Shown: positions 19,586 through 29,845, counted from the stretch's first letter. The stretch is DNA of 64,000 bases from Spirochaetia bacterium (GCA_965198005.1 CBDAOI010000001.1:96001-160000), one strand, 5' to 3'. Notes: generated by a model from the letters alone, not told the origin. Program-made: numbers and translations.

Positions 19586-20742
19586 CCGAGTATCGGGCGG
19601 CGCTGGCGGAACTGGCCGGCGCCGGAATCCGAGCGCGTACTCTGGAAGGGATCAACGACCTGACGGTGCAGATCCTGGAGGCCGGCGCCACCGCCCGGCC
19701 GGCACTTGGCGCGCGCCGGCGGCCGCTGCTGTTGATGCTGCACGGCTTTCCCGAGCTGTGCTATAGCTGGCGCAAGGTGATGCTGCCGCTGGCCGAGGCG
19801 GGGTACCACGTGGTCGCTCCGGACCAGCGCGGTTACGGCGCCACCACCGGCTGGGACGCAGACTACGACGGTGACCTGGCATCGTTTCGCATGCTCAACC
19901 TGGTGCGCGACACGGTGGGGATCGTGGCGGCGCTGGGCTGCGAGCAGGCATGCTCGGTGATCGGCCACGACGCCGGGGCCGGTGTGGCCGCCTGGTGCGC
20001 CGTGATCCGTCCCGACCGGTTCCGGTCGGTGGTCCTGATGAGCGCGCCCTACACCGGGCCGCCGGCCCTGCGCCCGGCCCCGCACGCACGGCCGCGCATG
20101 GCCGACCTGCAGGAGCAGTTGGCGGCGCTGGATCCGCCGCGCAAGCACTACCAGGGGTACTACTCGACGCGGCAGGCCAACGCCGACATGCTGCACTGCC
20201 GGCAGGGGCTGCACGCGTTCCTGCGCGCCTACTACCACCACAAGAGCGCCGACTGGGCCGGCAACCGGCCCTACCGTCTGGCGGCGGGGTCCGCCGCCGA
20301 GCTGGCCAGGCTGCCCACCTACTACGTGATGAACCTGCACGACTCGATGCCCGAGGCGGTCGCGCCGCATGCGCCCCCACCGGCCGCCGCGCGCACATGC
20401 GCCTGGCTGCCGGACGCGGAACTGGCGGTCTACGCCGCGGCCTACGCGGCGACCGGCTTCCAGGGCGGACTGCAGTGGTATCGCTGCGGCACCGGCGCGG
20501 TCGGGGCCGCGGAGCTGCAGGTGTTCGCGGGACGGACCATCGACGTACCCGCCTGCTTCATCGCCGGGGCGCACGACTGGGGTGTCTACCAGAGTCCCGG
20601 CGCGTACGAGCAGATGCAGGAGGCGGTCTGCCGCCGCATGCTCGGCTGCCATCTGGTGCCCGGCGCCGGCCACTGGGTGCAGCAGGAGCAGCCGGAACGA
20701 GTCGTGCGGTTGCTCCTGGAGTTCTTGCGCGCGGCGGCGTAG
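19582..20742 (+). CDS. Alpha/beta hydrolase (epoxide hydrolase-like)
   Basis: HGFPE, PDQRGYG, GHDAG and GHWVQQEQP motifs; GTG start overlaps the upstream stop. Confidence 0.9.
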   Translation: MTEYRAALAELAGAGIRARTLEGINDLTVQILEAGATARPALGARRRPLLLMLHGFPELCYSWRKVMLPLAEAGYHVVAPDQRGYGATTGWDADYDGDLASFRMLNLVRDTVGIVAALGCEQACSVIGHDAGAGVAAWCAVIRPDRFRSVVLMSAPYTGPPALRPAPHARPRMADLQEQLAALDPPRKHYQGYYSTRQANADMLHCRQGLHAFLRAYYHHKSADWAGNRPYRLAAGSAAELARLPTYYVMNLHDSMPEAVAPHAPPPAAARTCAWLPDAELAVYAAAYAATGFQGGLQWYRCGTGAVGAAELQVFAGRTIDVPACFIAGAHDWGVYQSPGAYEQMQEAVCRRMLGCHLVPGAGHWVQQEQPERVVRLLLEFLRAAA

Positions 20743-20804
20743 TGACAGCGGCATACAATATCGATAGGATGTATACTGAGTGAATCGGTAAGGAGGCTGA
20801 ACCT

Positions 20805-21201
20805 GTGAGTGCCGAGGCCATTGTCGCCATCGTAAGCGTGGGCGTGGTGCTGCTGATAGCCGTGCTGGGATTCATCTGGCGAAACCTGGGAAAGCAGATC
20901 GGCGCCGTCAAGACTGACTTGACCGAGGCTGACCGTCAAGACTGACTTGACCGAGGCTATCGGCGCCGTCAAGACTGATCTGGAAACGGCGGCAAACCAA
21001 GCGCATACCAGGATCGAGGGCAACATCAAGGCCACGGAAGACCGCTTGAGTGCCCAGATTGGCGCCGTCAAGACCGACCTGACGGCGACGCGAAGTGAGT
21101 TGACCGCCGCTATTGAAAAGCAGACTGACCGCATCGTCGAGGTACATAGAGACCTGCGCGGGCTGGGCGAGCGCCTGGCGCGGGTCGAGGCGAACCCGTA
21201 G
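20805..21201 (+). CDS. Small TM-anchored coiled-coil repeat protein (Bdr/DUF1640-like), frameshifted within the repeat
   Basis: AAGGAGG RBS, GTG start, N-terminal TM (AIVAIVSVGVVLLIAVLGFIW), IGAVKTDL repeats; a partial repeat unit at about 20931 breaks the frame. Confidence 0.6.
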
Positions 21202-21310
21202 CCCCGATCGAAGGAGCACACCGACCACGCATTCGGGGCCCCGCCGTGACCCGGCTGAGCCCCGGGGCCAGTGCCGTGACGGCGGAATCTCAGGATTCCT
21301 CGTAAAGAAC

Positions 21311-21440
21311 TCAGTCATATCGGACCCTGGGGTCCAAGATAGCGTAGAGCAGGTCGATGAGCAGATTGATCCCAACCACGCCAGTGGCGAACAACAGATT
21401 GATTCCGGAGACCATCGGGTAGTCTCGGGCTGCTTCCCGC
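21311..21440 (-). pseudogene. C-terminal fragment of a DppB/OppB-type ABC permease
   Basis: RDYPMVSGINL...NLLIDLLYAILDPRVRY; no upstream portion. Confidence 0.85.
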
Positions 21441-21515
21441 GAAGCGCTCCCCCATGCGGGCGACCGCTTCGCTATCCGGGTTCGTGCGGGCATTCGGTGC
21501 GCGGTCGGCCCATTG

Positions 21516-22481
21516 CTAATACCACTTCGTCTTGTCCACCACGTTGGTCAGGGGCTCGCCCGCAAGAAACCTGCGCGCGTTCTCCAGGATGATCCGGAAA
21601 CGGCGTTCGGGTATGTTCTCGGCGTCCGCCACCGCCACGTGCGGTGTCATCAGCACGTTCGGAAGTCCCCAGAGCTTGTGGTCGGCGGGCATCGGCTCGT
21701 GCTCGTACACGTCCAGGCCGGCGCCCGCGATCTCGCCTGACTCGATCGCGTTGGCGAGGTCGTCGATCTTGCACACCATGCCGCGGCCGACGTTGATGAA
21801 GTACGCGGTCGGCTTCATCAGTCGAAACCGGGCGGCGTTGAAGGTGAACTCGGTCTCCGGCGTGTGCGGGACGGTGGTGATCACGAAGTCGGCGCGCGGC
21901 AGGACGTCATCCAGTTCGTCCGGGGTGTGGAACTCCACGTACGGCAGATCGTACTCCGGCCTCGGCTCGATGCCGATTACCTCCATGCCCAGGTCGTTGC
22001 ACAGTCTGGCGGTCTCGTGTCCGATGCCCCCTACCCCGTTGATCAGCGCCGTGGCCTCGCCGAGGTAGATGTAGGGCGTCTTGCGGGCGTCCTTGTTCCA
22101 GACGCGATTGCGTTGAGCGTCCAGGTACCACGGAAGGCCGCGGGAGAGCGCGAACATGAACATCAAGACGTGGTGCGAGATGTGGTCGTAGTAGATGCCG
22201 CGCGGATTGCAGATGATGAGCGGGTGTTCAATCAATTCAGGGTAGTAGTAGCCGTAGAACGGCCCGGCGTCCGGGTTCTGGACCCAGGCGAGCTGTTCGG
22301 CGACTCCCAGGGCGGCCGGGGGCACCCAGCCGTAGACCGCGTCGGCGTCGCGGACCGCCTCAAGCGCCTCATCGTCCGTCTCGGGCGAGGCTACGTCGTA
22401 CTCGGGAACGGTGTCCGCCAAGCGGGCGGCAAACATCCGTCGATCATCGTCCTGCGGCGGCATGAAAACAAACTTGGGCAC
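21516..22481 (-). CDS. D-2-hydroxyacid dehydrogenase
   Basis: AGGAGG RBS then GTG; GVGGIG, NVGRG, GLDVYEHEP and TPH motifs. Confidence 0.9.
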   Translation of the reverse strand: MPKFVFMPPQDDDRRMFAARLADTVPEYDVASPETDDEALEAVRDADAVYGWVPPAALGVAEQLAWVQNPDAGPFYGYYYPELIEHPLIICNPRGIYYDHISHHVLMFMFALSRGLPWYLDAQRNRVWNKDARKTPYIYLGEATALINGVGGIGHETARLCNDLGMEVIGIEPRPEYDLPYVEFHTPDELDDVLPRADFVITTVPHTPETEFTFNAARFRLMKPTAYFINVGRGMVCKIDDLANAIESGEIAGAGLDVYEHEPMPADHKLWGLPNVLMTPHVAVADAENIPERRFRIILENARRFLAGEPLTNVVDKTKWY

Positions 22482-22674
22482 GTGACGTAGCCTCCTGTGA
22501 GTTGGTCGACCACATTGTACCGCAGACGCCGCCCTACCCTTCACCCGACACGGTGCCCGCTTGTTCCGGACCAGCCATCGCAAGAGCCGCTGCGCCTCGA
22601 CGAAACCGCTGCAGGCGCCGCAGGACACGATGCGGCGCAGCACCATGCAACGCTTCCGTCGGCTCGTGATCCAG

Positions 22675-23050
22675 CTATCCGCCGGTCTGAGCGATTCGCC
22701 GAGCCATCCATTCGACGCAGGCTGTCCGTGTCATTTTCCGGCGTCGCGCTTCGCCGTCGATGAACGCTGCAACACCCTCATCGAGCGTGAGATTCGCGCG
22801 CACACTGCGGCCCGACAGGCGGATCAAGGGGGCGGAAACCAGAGTATATCCATTGGGCGTTTCGATCTCTTCGATACTGGTCGGTGGCGCGATCGGCTCA
22901 CCGTCTCTCTCGGTCTCGATCACGTAGTCGCGTAGTGCTTCCTCGGCATGCAGCAACGCCTCGTCCACCGTTGCACCCATGGCGACGATGCTGGGAAGAT
23001 CCGGGAACGAGACGCCATAGGCGCCTTGCTTACCGTCGATCCAGGCTGGC
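22675..23050 (-). pseudogene. hicB: HicB-family antitoxin lacking its start
   Basis: YGVSFPDLP, GATVDEAL...AEEAL, C-terminal RHH (RANLTLDEG); the 5' end abuts a ligC fragment; no hicA. Confidence 0.8.
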
Positions 23051-23150
23051 GGCCGGACAAGACCCCGGCCGAATGCACCTACGCTCAGCTCGAGGTGACG
23101 CCGCCGTTCGAGTTGGCGCGCATATTCGCCGCCCGCGCTCGTGACGGCGC
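23047..23150 (+). pseudogene. C-terminal fragment of ATP-dependent DNA ligase (LigC-like)
   Basis: WRPDKTPAECTYAQLEVTPPFELARIF resembles the LigC C-terminus (RWRPDR/K.P..CTY.QL). Confidence 0.6.
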
Positions 23151-23266
23151 CACCCGAGCGGGCGCAAGATCGGACACCGCCCCGGCATCGACTTCGACAC
23201 CGAGGCGGTGCTGGCGGCGGCTGAGACTCGCCGGATCCGGCGCGAACGGGCATACTTGCCGCGACC

Positions 23267-24508
23267 ATGAGCACACACACCTTCTCGGTACCCACCCACG
23301 CGTGGTACGGCGACGACTCGATGGAATTGAGCTTTGCGGCGGCCTGGGAGATCGAAGAGTGCCGGATGGCGGGGCACGACGCCCCCGCCATCGACGACGC
23401 GCAACTGCGCGCCCAGCTCGACCGCCCCTACGGCACGCCGCCGCTGCGTGAGCTGGCACGCGGCCGCCGGCGGGCGGTGATCCTGTTCGACGACCTCACG
23501 CGGCCGGCGCCCACCCGGCGCATCCTGCCGCTGGTGCTGGCGGACCTGCATGGCGCCGGCTTGGCGGACGATCAGATCTGTTTCGTGGGCGCCTTCGCCA
23601 ATCACGCCGCCATGTTGCGCGACGCCGTGGCCAAGAAGCTCGGCGCCGACGTGGTCAGCCGCTACCGGGTGTTCAATCACAACCCGTTCGACCAGTTGGT
23701 CGAGGTCGGAACGACCAGCCGGGGCATGCGCGTGCGGATCAACCGCGAGGTGATGGCCAGCGACCTCAGGATCGCGATCGGCGGGCTGATTCCACATCTC
23801 ATGGCCGGCTTCGGCGGAGGCGCCAAGATGGTCGTGCCCGGCGTCGCGGCGCTCGACACGGTGCGCCACAATCACGGCGAGGTGTTCGCCGCCAGCCGGG
23901 CGGCGGGCCGCAGCGGACTGGGCAAGGTCGACGACAACGATGCGCGCCAGGATCTCGAAGAGGCGGTTGGCATGGTCGGCCTGGACTTCAAGATCGACCT
24001 GCTGATCAACCCGCGGCGCGAGGTGGTGCAGGTGTTCGCCGGCCACTACCTGGAACAGCATCGCGCCGGGGTCACGGCGGCGCGCGAGCTCTATGCCACT
24101 CCCGTGGCGCAGGACTGCGACGTGGTGGTGGTCAACACCTACCCGATCGAGAATCAGGCGGCCAAAGGGACCTGGCCGGCCGAGCGCTCACTCAAACCGG
24201 GCGGCATCGCGGTGGTGATCAGTCAGAGCGTCGAGGGGCAGGCGCCCCACTACCTGGTCGGCAGGTTCGGGACCGACTACGGCGGCCCCCTGTGGCAACG
24301 CACGGCCCAGCCACGCGTCGCCCAGGCGAGCCGGATCCTGGTGTGCTCGGCTTACCAGTCACGGGTCGATCTTGACAGCTACGGTCCACCCGACCGCGTG
24401 GTTCCCTGCGCCGACTGGAACGAGGTGTCGAGCCATCTGCAGGCCGCCTATCCGCAGGGGGGCAAGGCGGCGGTCTACCCCTGCGCGGCGATCCAACTCC
24501 CGGCGTAG
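23267..24508 (+). CDS. Lactate racemase (LarA)-family nickel-pincer enzyme
   Basis: DDLTRP, ANH, NHNP, GTTSRG and PHLMAGFGGGAK motifs. Confidence 0.85.
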   Translation: MSTHTFSVPTHAWYGDDSMELSFAAAWEIEECRMAGHDAPAIDDAQLRAQLDRPYGTPPLRELARGRRRAVILFDDLTRPAPTRRILPLVLADLHGAGLADDQICFVGAFANHAAMLRDAVAKKLGADVVSRYRVFNHNPFDQLVEVGTTSRGMRVRINREVMASDLRIAIGGLIPHLMAGFGGGAKMVVPGVAALDTVRHNHGEVFAASRAAGRSGLGKVDDNDARQDLEEAVGMVGLDFKIDLLINPRREVVQVFAGHYLEQHRAGVTAARELYATPVAQDCDVVVVNTYPIENQAAKGTWPAERSLKPGGIAVVISQSVEGQAPHYLVGRFGTDYGGPLWQRTAQPRVAQASRILVCSAYQSRVDLDSYGPPDRVVPCADWNEVSSHLQAAYPQGGKAAVYPCAAIQLPA

Positions 24509-24509
24509 A

Positions 24510-24581
24510 AGCGAGCGAAGGGAATCGAACCCTCGTCACGAGCTTGGGAAGCTCGGGTAATAACCATTATACGACGCTCGC
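24510..24581 (-). tRNA. tRNA-Gly(CCC)
   Basis: GCGAGCG acceptor stem, anticodon arm CGAGC-TTCCCAA-GCTCG, GGTTCGATTCC T-arm; CCA not encoded. Confidence 0.95.
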
Positions 24582-24667
24582 GTGTCCTCTATAATACCGC
24601 TATAATACCGCCTCGCCGAACTTCGTTCAACCCCCCGCCGCGCCGCCCGCCGGTGGGAATGGGGACT

Positions 24668-25618
24668 TTAGGACTTCATCTCGCCCGGTCCGTACCGGCC
24701 GCGGGTAACGCGGTCGGGCTGGAATTCGATACTGCCGTAGCCGCACCACGGCTTGAAGCCGATCAGATCCAACAGCTCCTCGGACGCGTTCTCCAGGACC
24801 TCGGGCAACGTCCCCAGTTGCAGGTTCTCCTGCTGGCGGAACTGCGGTGCGCAGAAGTTGGTGGTCAGACCGATCCGCGTGCGGTCGGTCACGTTGGCTC
24901 CGGTGGAGTGCCATACCCGTCCGTCCAGCACCACGAAGCTCCCGGCCGGTGCCTCCATCGGCCGCCAGTCGGCGTCCTGATCCAGCTCCGGGTCCGGTTG
25001 CCGTCCAAACAGGTGGCTGCCCGGCACCACGATGGTGGCGCCGTTGTCGGCGGTGAAGTCGTCGATCACCCACATCGTGTTGCAGCAGCACGCCGGCGCG
25101 ATGGCGACCGGGTTCAGCCCCGCCTCGCCGAGCTTGTAGTGGCCGCGATAGTCATGGGTGATCGAACCGGGCCGCAGCAGCGTTTCCTTGGCGACGTTGG
25201 TCGGCGGCGGCATCCACCACTGGTCGGTATGGAACACCTCGGTCCCGCCGGGATGGGCGATGTGGCCGACGTACGACGAAAGCAGGTACTGCGGCCCCAG
25301 GACGTGTCCGACCAGCGCGCGCAGCGTCGGGTGAATCAGCAGGTCGCGAAACCCCTGCCCCTTGTTGATCAGGAACCCGACGACCTGCTTCTTGTCCGGC
25401 AGGATCCGACTCCGGCCAAGCCGCTCCTCCGCCGCCACCTGTTCCAGCAGCCGCTCGCGCAGGGCCGCCGCCCCGCCGCCGCTGATCGCCCCCTCGACCA
25501 CGCAGTAGCCGTGCTCATCCAGGTGCCGCTGCGCCGCTTCAAGGTCCGCCTGCCCCAGCATCGCCCCCTTCCCAGCCCCCTTCCGCCGCTGTGCCGTGTC
25601 CGTGTGTGCCATACTCAT
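24668..25618 (-). CDS. Phytanoyl-CoA dioxygenase (PhyH) family protein
   Basis: HTD iron motif, DDFTADNGAT..VPGSH, WHSTGAN and RQQEN motifs. Confidence 0.9.
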   Translation of the reverse strand: MSMAHTDTAQRRKGAGKGAMLGQADLEAAQRHLDEHGYCVVEGAISGGGAAALRERLLEQVAAEERLGRSRILPDKKQVVGFLINKGQGFRDLLIHPTLRALVGHVLGPQYLLSSYVGHIAHPGGTEVFHTDQWWMPPPTNVAKETLLRPGSITHDYRGHYKLGEAGLNPVAIAPACCCNTMWVIDDFTADNGATIVVPGSHLFGRQPDPELDQDADWRPMEAPAGSFVVLDGRVWHSTGANVTDRTRIGLTTNFCAPQFRQQENLQLGTLPEVLENASEELLDLIGFKPWCGYGSIEFQPDRVTRGRYGPGEMKS

Positions 25619-25669
25619 GCCGCCCGCACCTTAAGAACGTCCCGGCATGCCGTCAAGCAGCGTCGGGAA

Positions 25670-25783
25670 CTACTGGTGGTGGCGGATGCGGCGGCGCAGG
25701 TCAACTGCCGAGAGGCTGAACATGGCCTGATACTCGGCCAGGGTTCTGCCCCACGGCACCACTTGGTCGATGGAAACTGGCAT
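25670..25783 (-). pseudogene. N-terminal fragment of a SAM-dependent methyltransferase-like gene
   Basis: MPVSIDQVVPWGRTLAEYQAMFSLSAVDLRRRI then an early stop; translated by eye, not in the ORF track. Confidence 0.6.
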
Positions 25784-25813
25784 CCGGGCAGCACCGTGCT
25801 CAGTGCGCGTGCT

Positions 25814-26860
25814 TCAGCCGTTGGGGTTGAGGTGCACTTTGATCGAGTGCGAGGATTTGTCGAGCGCCGCGCCGAAGGCGTCGTGCACGTGGTCGAGATC
25901 GAACCGCTGAGTCACCAGGGAGCGCGCGGCTTCGGCGTTGTCGGCCACGATCTCCATTGCCGTCTGGTAGTCGGCACGGCCGTCGGTGGCCGAGTAGGTC
26001 ATCGAGCCCACGATCTCGACCTCGCGTGCCGCCAGCAGCAGCGGGTTGATGCCCACGGTCGGCACCGTGAACACCCCGATCAGCAGCACCCGTCCCTTGG
26101 GACGCGTGGCGAGCTGCGCCTGCAGCAGGGTGTCGCCGCGGCCGCCGACCGTCTCCACCGACACGTCGATGGCGCGCTGGTCGGCAAGTTCCTGCAACCG
26201 CGCCCGTCCGGCATCGTCGTCGCCGATCACCTCGTCCGCGCCGAGCCGGCGGGCGGCCTCCTGCTGGTGCGGGTGGCGGGCGATGATCAGGGTCATGGCG
26301 CCGGCCGCCTTGGCCACGATCAGGGCGGTGAGGCCGATCGTGCCGGCGCCGATGATCAGCACCGTCTCGCGTGCCCGCAGGCCGATCTTGAGGTAGCCGT
26401 GCACCGAGCAGGCGAGCGGCTCCGCCAGGGCGATTACCTCGGCGTCGGCGCCGGCAGGGGCCTTGTACGCGGTGCGCGCCGGCACCACGGCCAGCTCGCT
26501 CATGCCGCCGCCCCAGGTCTCCCCGACCAGACCGCGTTCGGTGCACACGTGGTAGTTGCCGGTCATGCAGAAGGCGCAGGTCCCACAGCTCAGCAACGGC
26601 TCGATGCCCACCAGATCACCCTCACGGACGTGACTGACGCCGGCCCCAACCGCCGCCACGGTGCCGGCCAGCTCGTGACCGGGCACGATACCCGGCCGCG
26701 CCCGCAGCTCGCCCCGGTAGAAGTGCAGATCCGAGCCGCAGATCCCGGCGCTGCCCACGGCAATCTGAACCTGCCCCGGGCCTGGATCAGGGGCCTCCCC
26801 CTCCCCCACCGCCAGCGAGCGCTCCTCCGTCCATCGTACCGCTTTCACCGTGTGTGCCAT
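25814..26860 (-). CDS. Zinc-dependent alcohol dehydrogenase (MDR family)
   Basis: GICGSDLH, GHE, structural C-x2-C-x2-C-x7-C and GAGTIG motifs. Confidence 0.93.
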   Translation of the reverse strand: MAHTVKAVRWTEERSLAVGEGEAPDPGPGQVQIAVGSAGICGSDLHFYRGELRARPGIVPGHELAGTVAAVGAGVSHVREGDLVGIEPLLSCGTCAFCMTGNYHVCTERGLVGETWGGGMSELAVVPARTAYKAPAGADAEVIALAEPLACSVHGYLKIGLRARETVLIIGAGTIGLTALIVAKAAGAMTLIIARHPHQQEAARRLGADEVIGDDDAGRARLQELADQRAIDVSVETVGGRGDTLLQAQLATRPKGRVLLIGVFTVPTVGINPLLLAAREVEIVGSMTYSATDGRADYQTAMEIVADNAEAARSLVTQRFDLDHVHDAFGAALDKSSHSIKVHLNPNG

Positions 26861-26929
26861 GTCCTGCTCCCTCCGTAGTGCATCCCGTTCGCAGCGCGAC
26901 GTTAGCCGGAACGCAGTCCGCGGTCAACG

Positions 26930-27851
26930 GAGCGCAGCGAGCGGGAGAGCTTTGCGATCCTGGACCGAGCACTGGAATTGGGGATCAATCTGATCGATAC
27001 CGCCGACGTGTACGGCTACGAGCACGGCTACGGCTTGGTCGAGGAGCTGCTCGGCCGCTGGCTGGCCCAGGGCGGCGGCCGGCGTGACGCGGTGGTGCTG
27101 GCGACCAAGGTGTACTCCGCCTTTCTGCGCGAGGGGATGCGGCCCGAGCCCAACCGGGAGAGTCGCGGCATCGGCGCGGTGAAGATCCGGCGGCAGGTGG
27201 AGGGGTCGTTGCGCCGCCTGCAGACCGACACCATCGACCTGTACCAGATGCACCACGTCGATCCGGCGTGCCCGTGGGACGAGGCGTGGCAGGCGTTCGA
27301 CACGCTGGTGCAGCAGGGCAAGGTGACCTACATCGGGTCGTCCAACTTTGGCGGCTGGCACATCGCCACCGCGTGCCAGGAGGCGGCCCGGCGCAACCGC
27401 CTGGGCTTGGTCAGCGAGCAAAGCCGCTACAACCTGGCGACCCGCGAACCGGAGTTGGAGGTGATTCCCGCCTGCCGCCACTACGGCTTGGGGCTGCTGC
27501 CCTACAGCCCGGTCGAGGGAGGAGCGTTGGCCGGCGTGCTCGGCCAACCGGAGGGCCGCCGCCGCTATTCCGCCTACGCACAGCGCGCCGTCACCAGGTA
27601 CGCTGGGCGCCTCCAGCCGTACGAGGACTACTGCGCCGAGCTCGGCGTCGCACCGGCGGAGGTGGCGCTCGCGTGGCTGCTGCACAATCCCGCCGTCACC
27701 GCCCCGATCATCGGCCCGCGCACCATGGAGCAGTTGGAGAGCGCCGTGCGGGCCACCGAGCTGACGCTGGACGAGGCCACCCTCGCCCGCCTGGACGAGA
27801 TCTGGCCGGGCGAGGCCCGGCGGCGAGGCACCGGCCGCTTACGCTTGGTAG
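26930..27851 (+). pseudogene. Aldo/keto reductase, N-terminally truncated, with a 3' frameshift
   Basis: GINLIDTADVYG, LATK, IDLYQMH and YSP motifs; in-frame stop at about 26903 and no LCLGTM N-terminus; the expected end PGGEAPAAYAW* lies in a shifted frame. Confidence 0.8.
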
Positions 27852-28290
27852 GCGCGCAGCGAGAAGATCAGCGGGATCGAGTCTTTGTGCTGCGGGAGGC
27901 GCCACCACCCGTCGGCGTCGCGGACCATTCCGGGATACTGTTGAAAGAAACTGAACGGGAATTCGTGAAAGAACTGGAGGCGTAATCCGGCGGCCGCCGG
28001 CGAACAACTGCCCGGCCGGATCCCGAAAGTAGGAATTGCGGACACGCAACTCGTGAGCGTCGCCGTCCCCTTGCGTGTCGAAAACGTGGGACAGGGGGTG
28101 CTGGTCGAGGAGGTAGAAGGTACCGCCCGGCTTGACGAAGTTGGCAACCACCCCGGCCCACGGCACCAGATCGGGGAGCCACACGAGCACGCCCAGGGAG
28201 GTGGTCACCACGTCGAACCGCTGCTCGAGCACCTGCGGCAGATCGTAGACGTCGGAGCGGATGAAGCGGGCATTCAGTCCCAACTCCTTG
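27839..28290 (-). pseudogene. Class I SAM methyltransferase fragment with internal deletion
   Basis: ARFIRSDVYDL...FDVV...GVLVWLPDL...KPGG...HP joined out of frame to AGLRLQFFHEF...IPLIFSLRA. Confidence 0.75.
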
Positions 28291-28444
28291 CTGTGAACTG
28301 CCGGGCGAACGAATCCACGGCCGTCTGCGAAACGTCGCAGACAGCCACGAGATCGGTCTGGTCGTTTTGCCGGCAGGCCCTCGCATGTGCCCTTGAGATC
28401 CCTCCCGTTCCGACGATGACTACACGATACTTGTTGATAGGAAT
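28290..28444 (-). pseudogene. Gfo/Idh/MocA oxidoreductase N-terminal fragment
   Basis: KYRVVIVGTGGISRAHARAC...LVAVCDVS; translated by eye. Confidence 0.75.
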
Positions 28445-28459
28445 ACCGTCCCTACCTAC

Positions 28460-28790
28460 CTAGGTCTCACACAGCACGTGATCGATGAACACCCGCTCCT
28501 TGGTGAACTGGACGGCGGATCGCTGCAGGTCGATGAACTTGCGCTCTTGCCTTGATGATTCGGTCGGCAGCGGCGCCTTCCGAGGTGGGGTCGCTGTTGG
28601 CCGGGCGCGCCCACCACAGCTCGGCCACCCCCGTGTAGGGCTCCACCTTCGTGCCGCGCGCCTCGCGGAGCTGGTCGGCCAGCTCATGATCGAAGCGGTG
28701 CACCTGGAAGTAGCGCATGATGGAGCCGCTACCGGCCACGCTGCTGCGAAGTACCGGGCCGTGATAGGCGAGCCTGAATGAACTATCATG
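28460..28790 (-). pseudogene. EthD-domain protein remnant
   Basis: HGP...RYFQVH...YTGVAELWW and, in another frame, ERKFIDL. Confidence 0.65.
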
Positions 28791-28860
28791 TGCGTCTGGA
28801 CCTCTGTCAGCGCCAACCAAGTGTCCTCGGCCCCGGTCCTCGCGCCTGACTCAGCGCGGC

Positions 28861-29277
28861 TCACGTGAACTGGTGCACGGTGAGCCCGGCGACGCGGTCG
28901 AAGTGGCGCGCATCCCCGGTGACGATCGCGTCGCCTCGGGACAGCGCGGTTGCCGCAATGAGCAGGTCCGATGTCGGGATCCTCTGTCCCGCCGCGCTCA
29001 GTTGCGCATCGATCTGCCCGACCACGCGCGCTATGGTGAGGGTGACGGGGAGCACCGGGATCGTCGCCAGCAGCGCCTCGATGAATTCCTCTCGTCTTGC
29101 TCGTTGCGACGGGTGGTCGGCTCGCCAGTAGCCATGAAACAACTCCGCTGCGCTCATCACCGAAACCCACAGTTCGGCGTCACCCCAGCGCTCCATGATC
29201 TCGCTGACAAGTTCCTCCGGCGTGCGGCGGTTGCGTTCGGCGTGGATGCATGCCGTGGAATCGATCAGGAATCCCAA
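28861..29277 (-). CDS. vapC: PIN-domain VapC toxin
   Basis: LIDS, AELFHG, DLLIAATAL and VTGDARHF motifs. Confidence 0.88.
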   Translation of the reverse strand: MGFLIDSTACIHAERNRRTPEELVSEIMERWGDAELWVSVMSAAELFHGYWRADHPSQRARREEFIEALLATIPVLPVTLTIARVVGQIDAQLSAAGQRIPTSDLLIAATALSRGDAIVTGDARHFDRVAGLTVHQFT

Positions 29278-29579
29278 GAGGAACGCTCCTCGACCGCCTC
29301 GCCAGCCAGGATGTCTCGCAGATCGTTGCCAAAGCGACCGTCGAGCACGACCGGGGATCGATTGCGGAGATGTGCGATGCACTCCGATGCGCGGCGGGGA
29401 GTCACCGGAGGCGGGGCCATGACGCAGACGTCGGTTCCCCGGCGATGGACGAGAAAACGCCCACCCTCCAACTCGATCCGGTCGAGGAGCTTCGAGAACG
29501 AGCGGCTTGCCTCCGTGGCAGATATCCGGTGTTCGCGAGCGCTTTCCGTACGGGACCGTCTGTCTGATTTCGTCGACAT
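29265..29579 (-). CDS. Phd/YefM-like antitoxin
   Basis: ISATEASRSFSKLLDRI...FLVHRRG; overlaps the vapC start. Confidence 0.8.
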   Translation of the reverse strand: MSTKSDRRSRTESAREHRISATEASRSFSKLLDRIELEGGRFLVHRRGTDVCVMAPPPVTPRRASECIAHLRNRSPVVLDGRFGNDLRDILAGEAVEERSSWDS

Positions 29580-29681
29580 GGATCTGATTGTCTCTCGCCG
29601 CCAAGGCGCGTGTCAATTCCCTCGGCCGAGCGCGAGCGGGGTCTCCACCGGTGCCGGCTCCTGCGCTCCGCCGGCTGCCAG

Positions 29682-29783
29682 CCAGCCACCAACCCACCAC
29701 GGGTCAGAATTCTCAGGATAGACCACAGCGGGCCACGTGAGTGTCCCGCCATACTCTGGCGCGGTCCACGTCATGCCGGTGGT
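29682..29783 (-). pseudogene. Fragment of a family-5 ABC substrate-binding protein
   Basis: TTGMTWTAPEYGGTLTW contains the PxYGGTL motif; isolated piece of about 34 codons. Confidence 0.5.
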
Positions 29784-29845
29784 CTCAGTCGGCGTGGGCG
29801 TTGCTCAAGGCGATGTGCTTCGCGGAGGCGCCGCCTGCCGTTCGG

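Noticed and set aside
24510-24581. tRNA-Gly as a prophage or island integration site
   Set aside because: No integrase and no duplicated tRNA 3' end were found in the window
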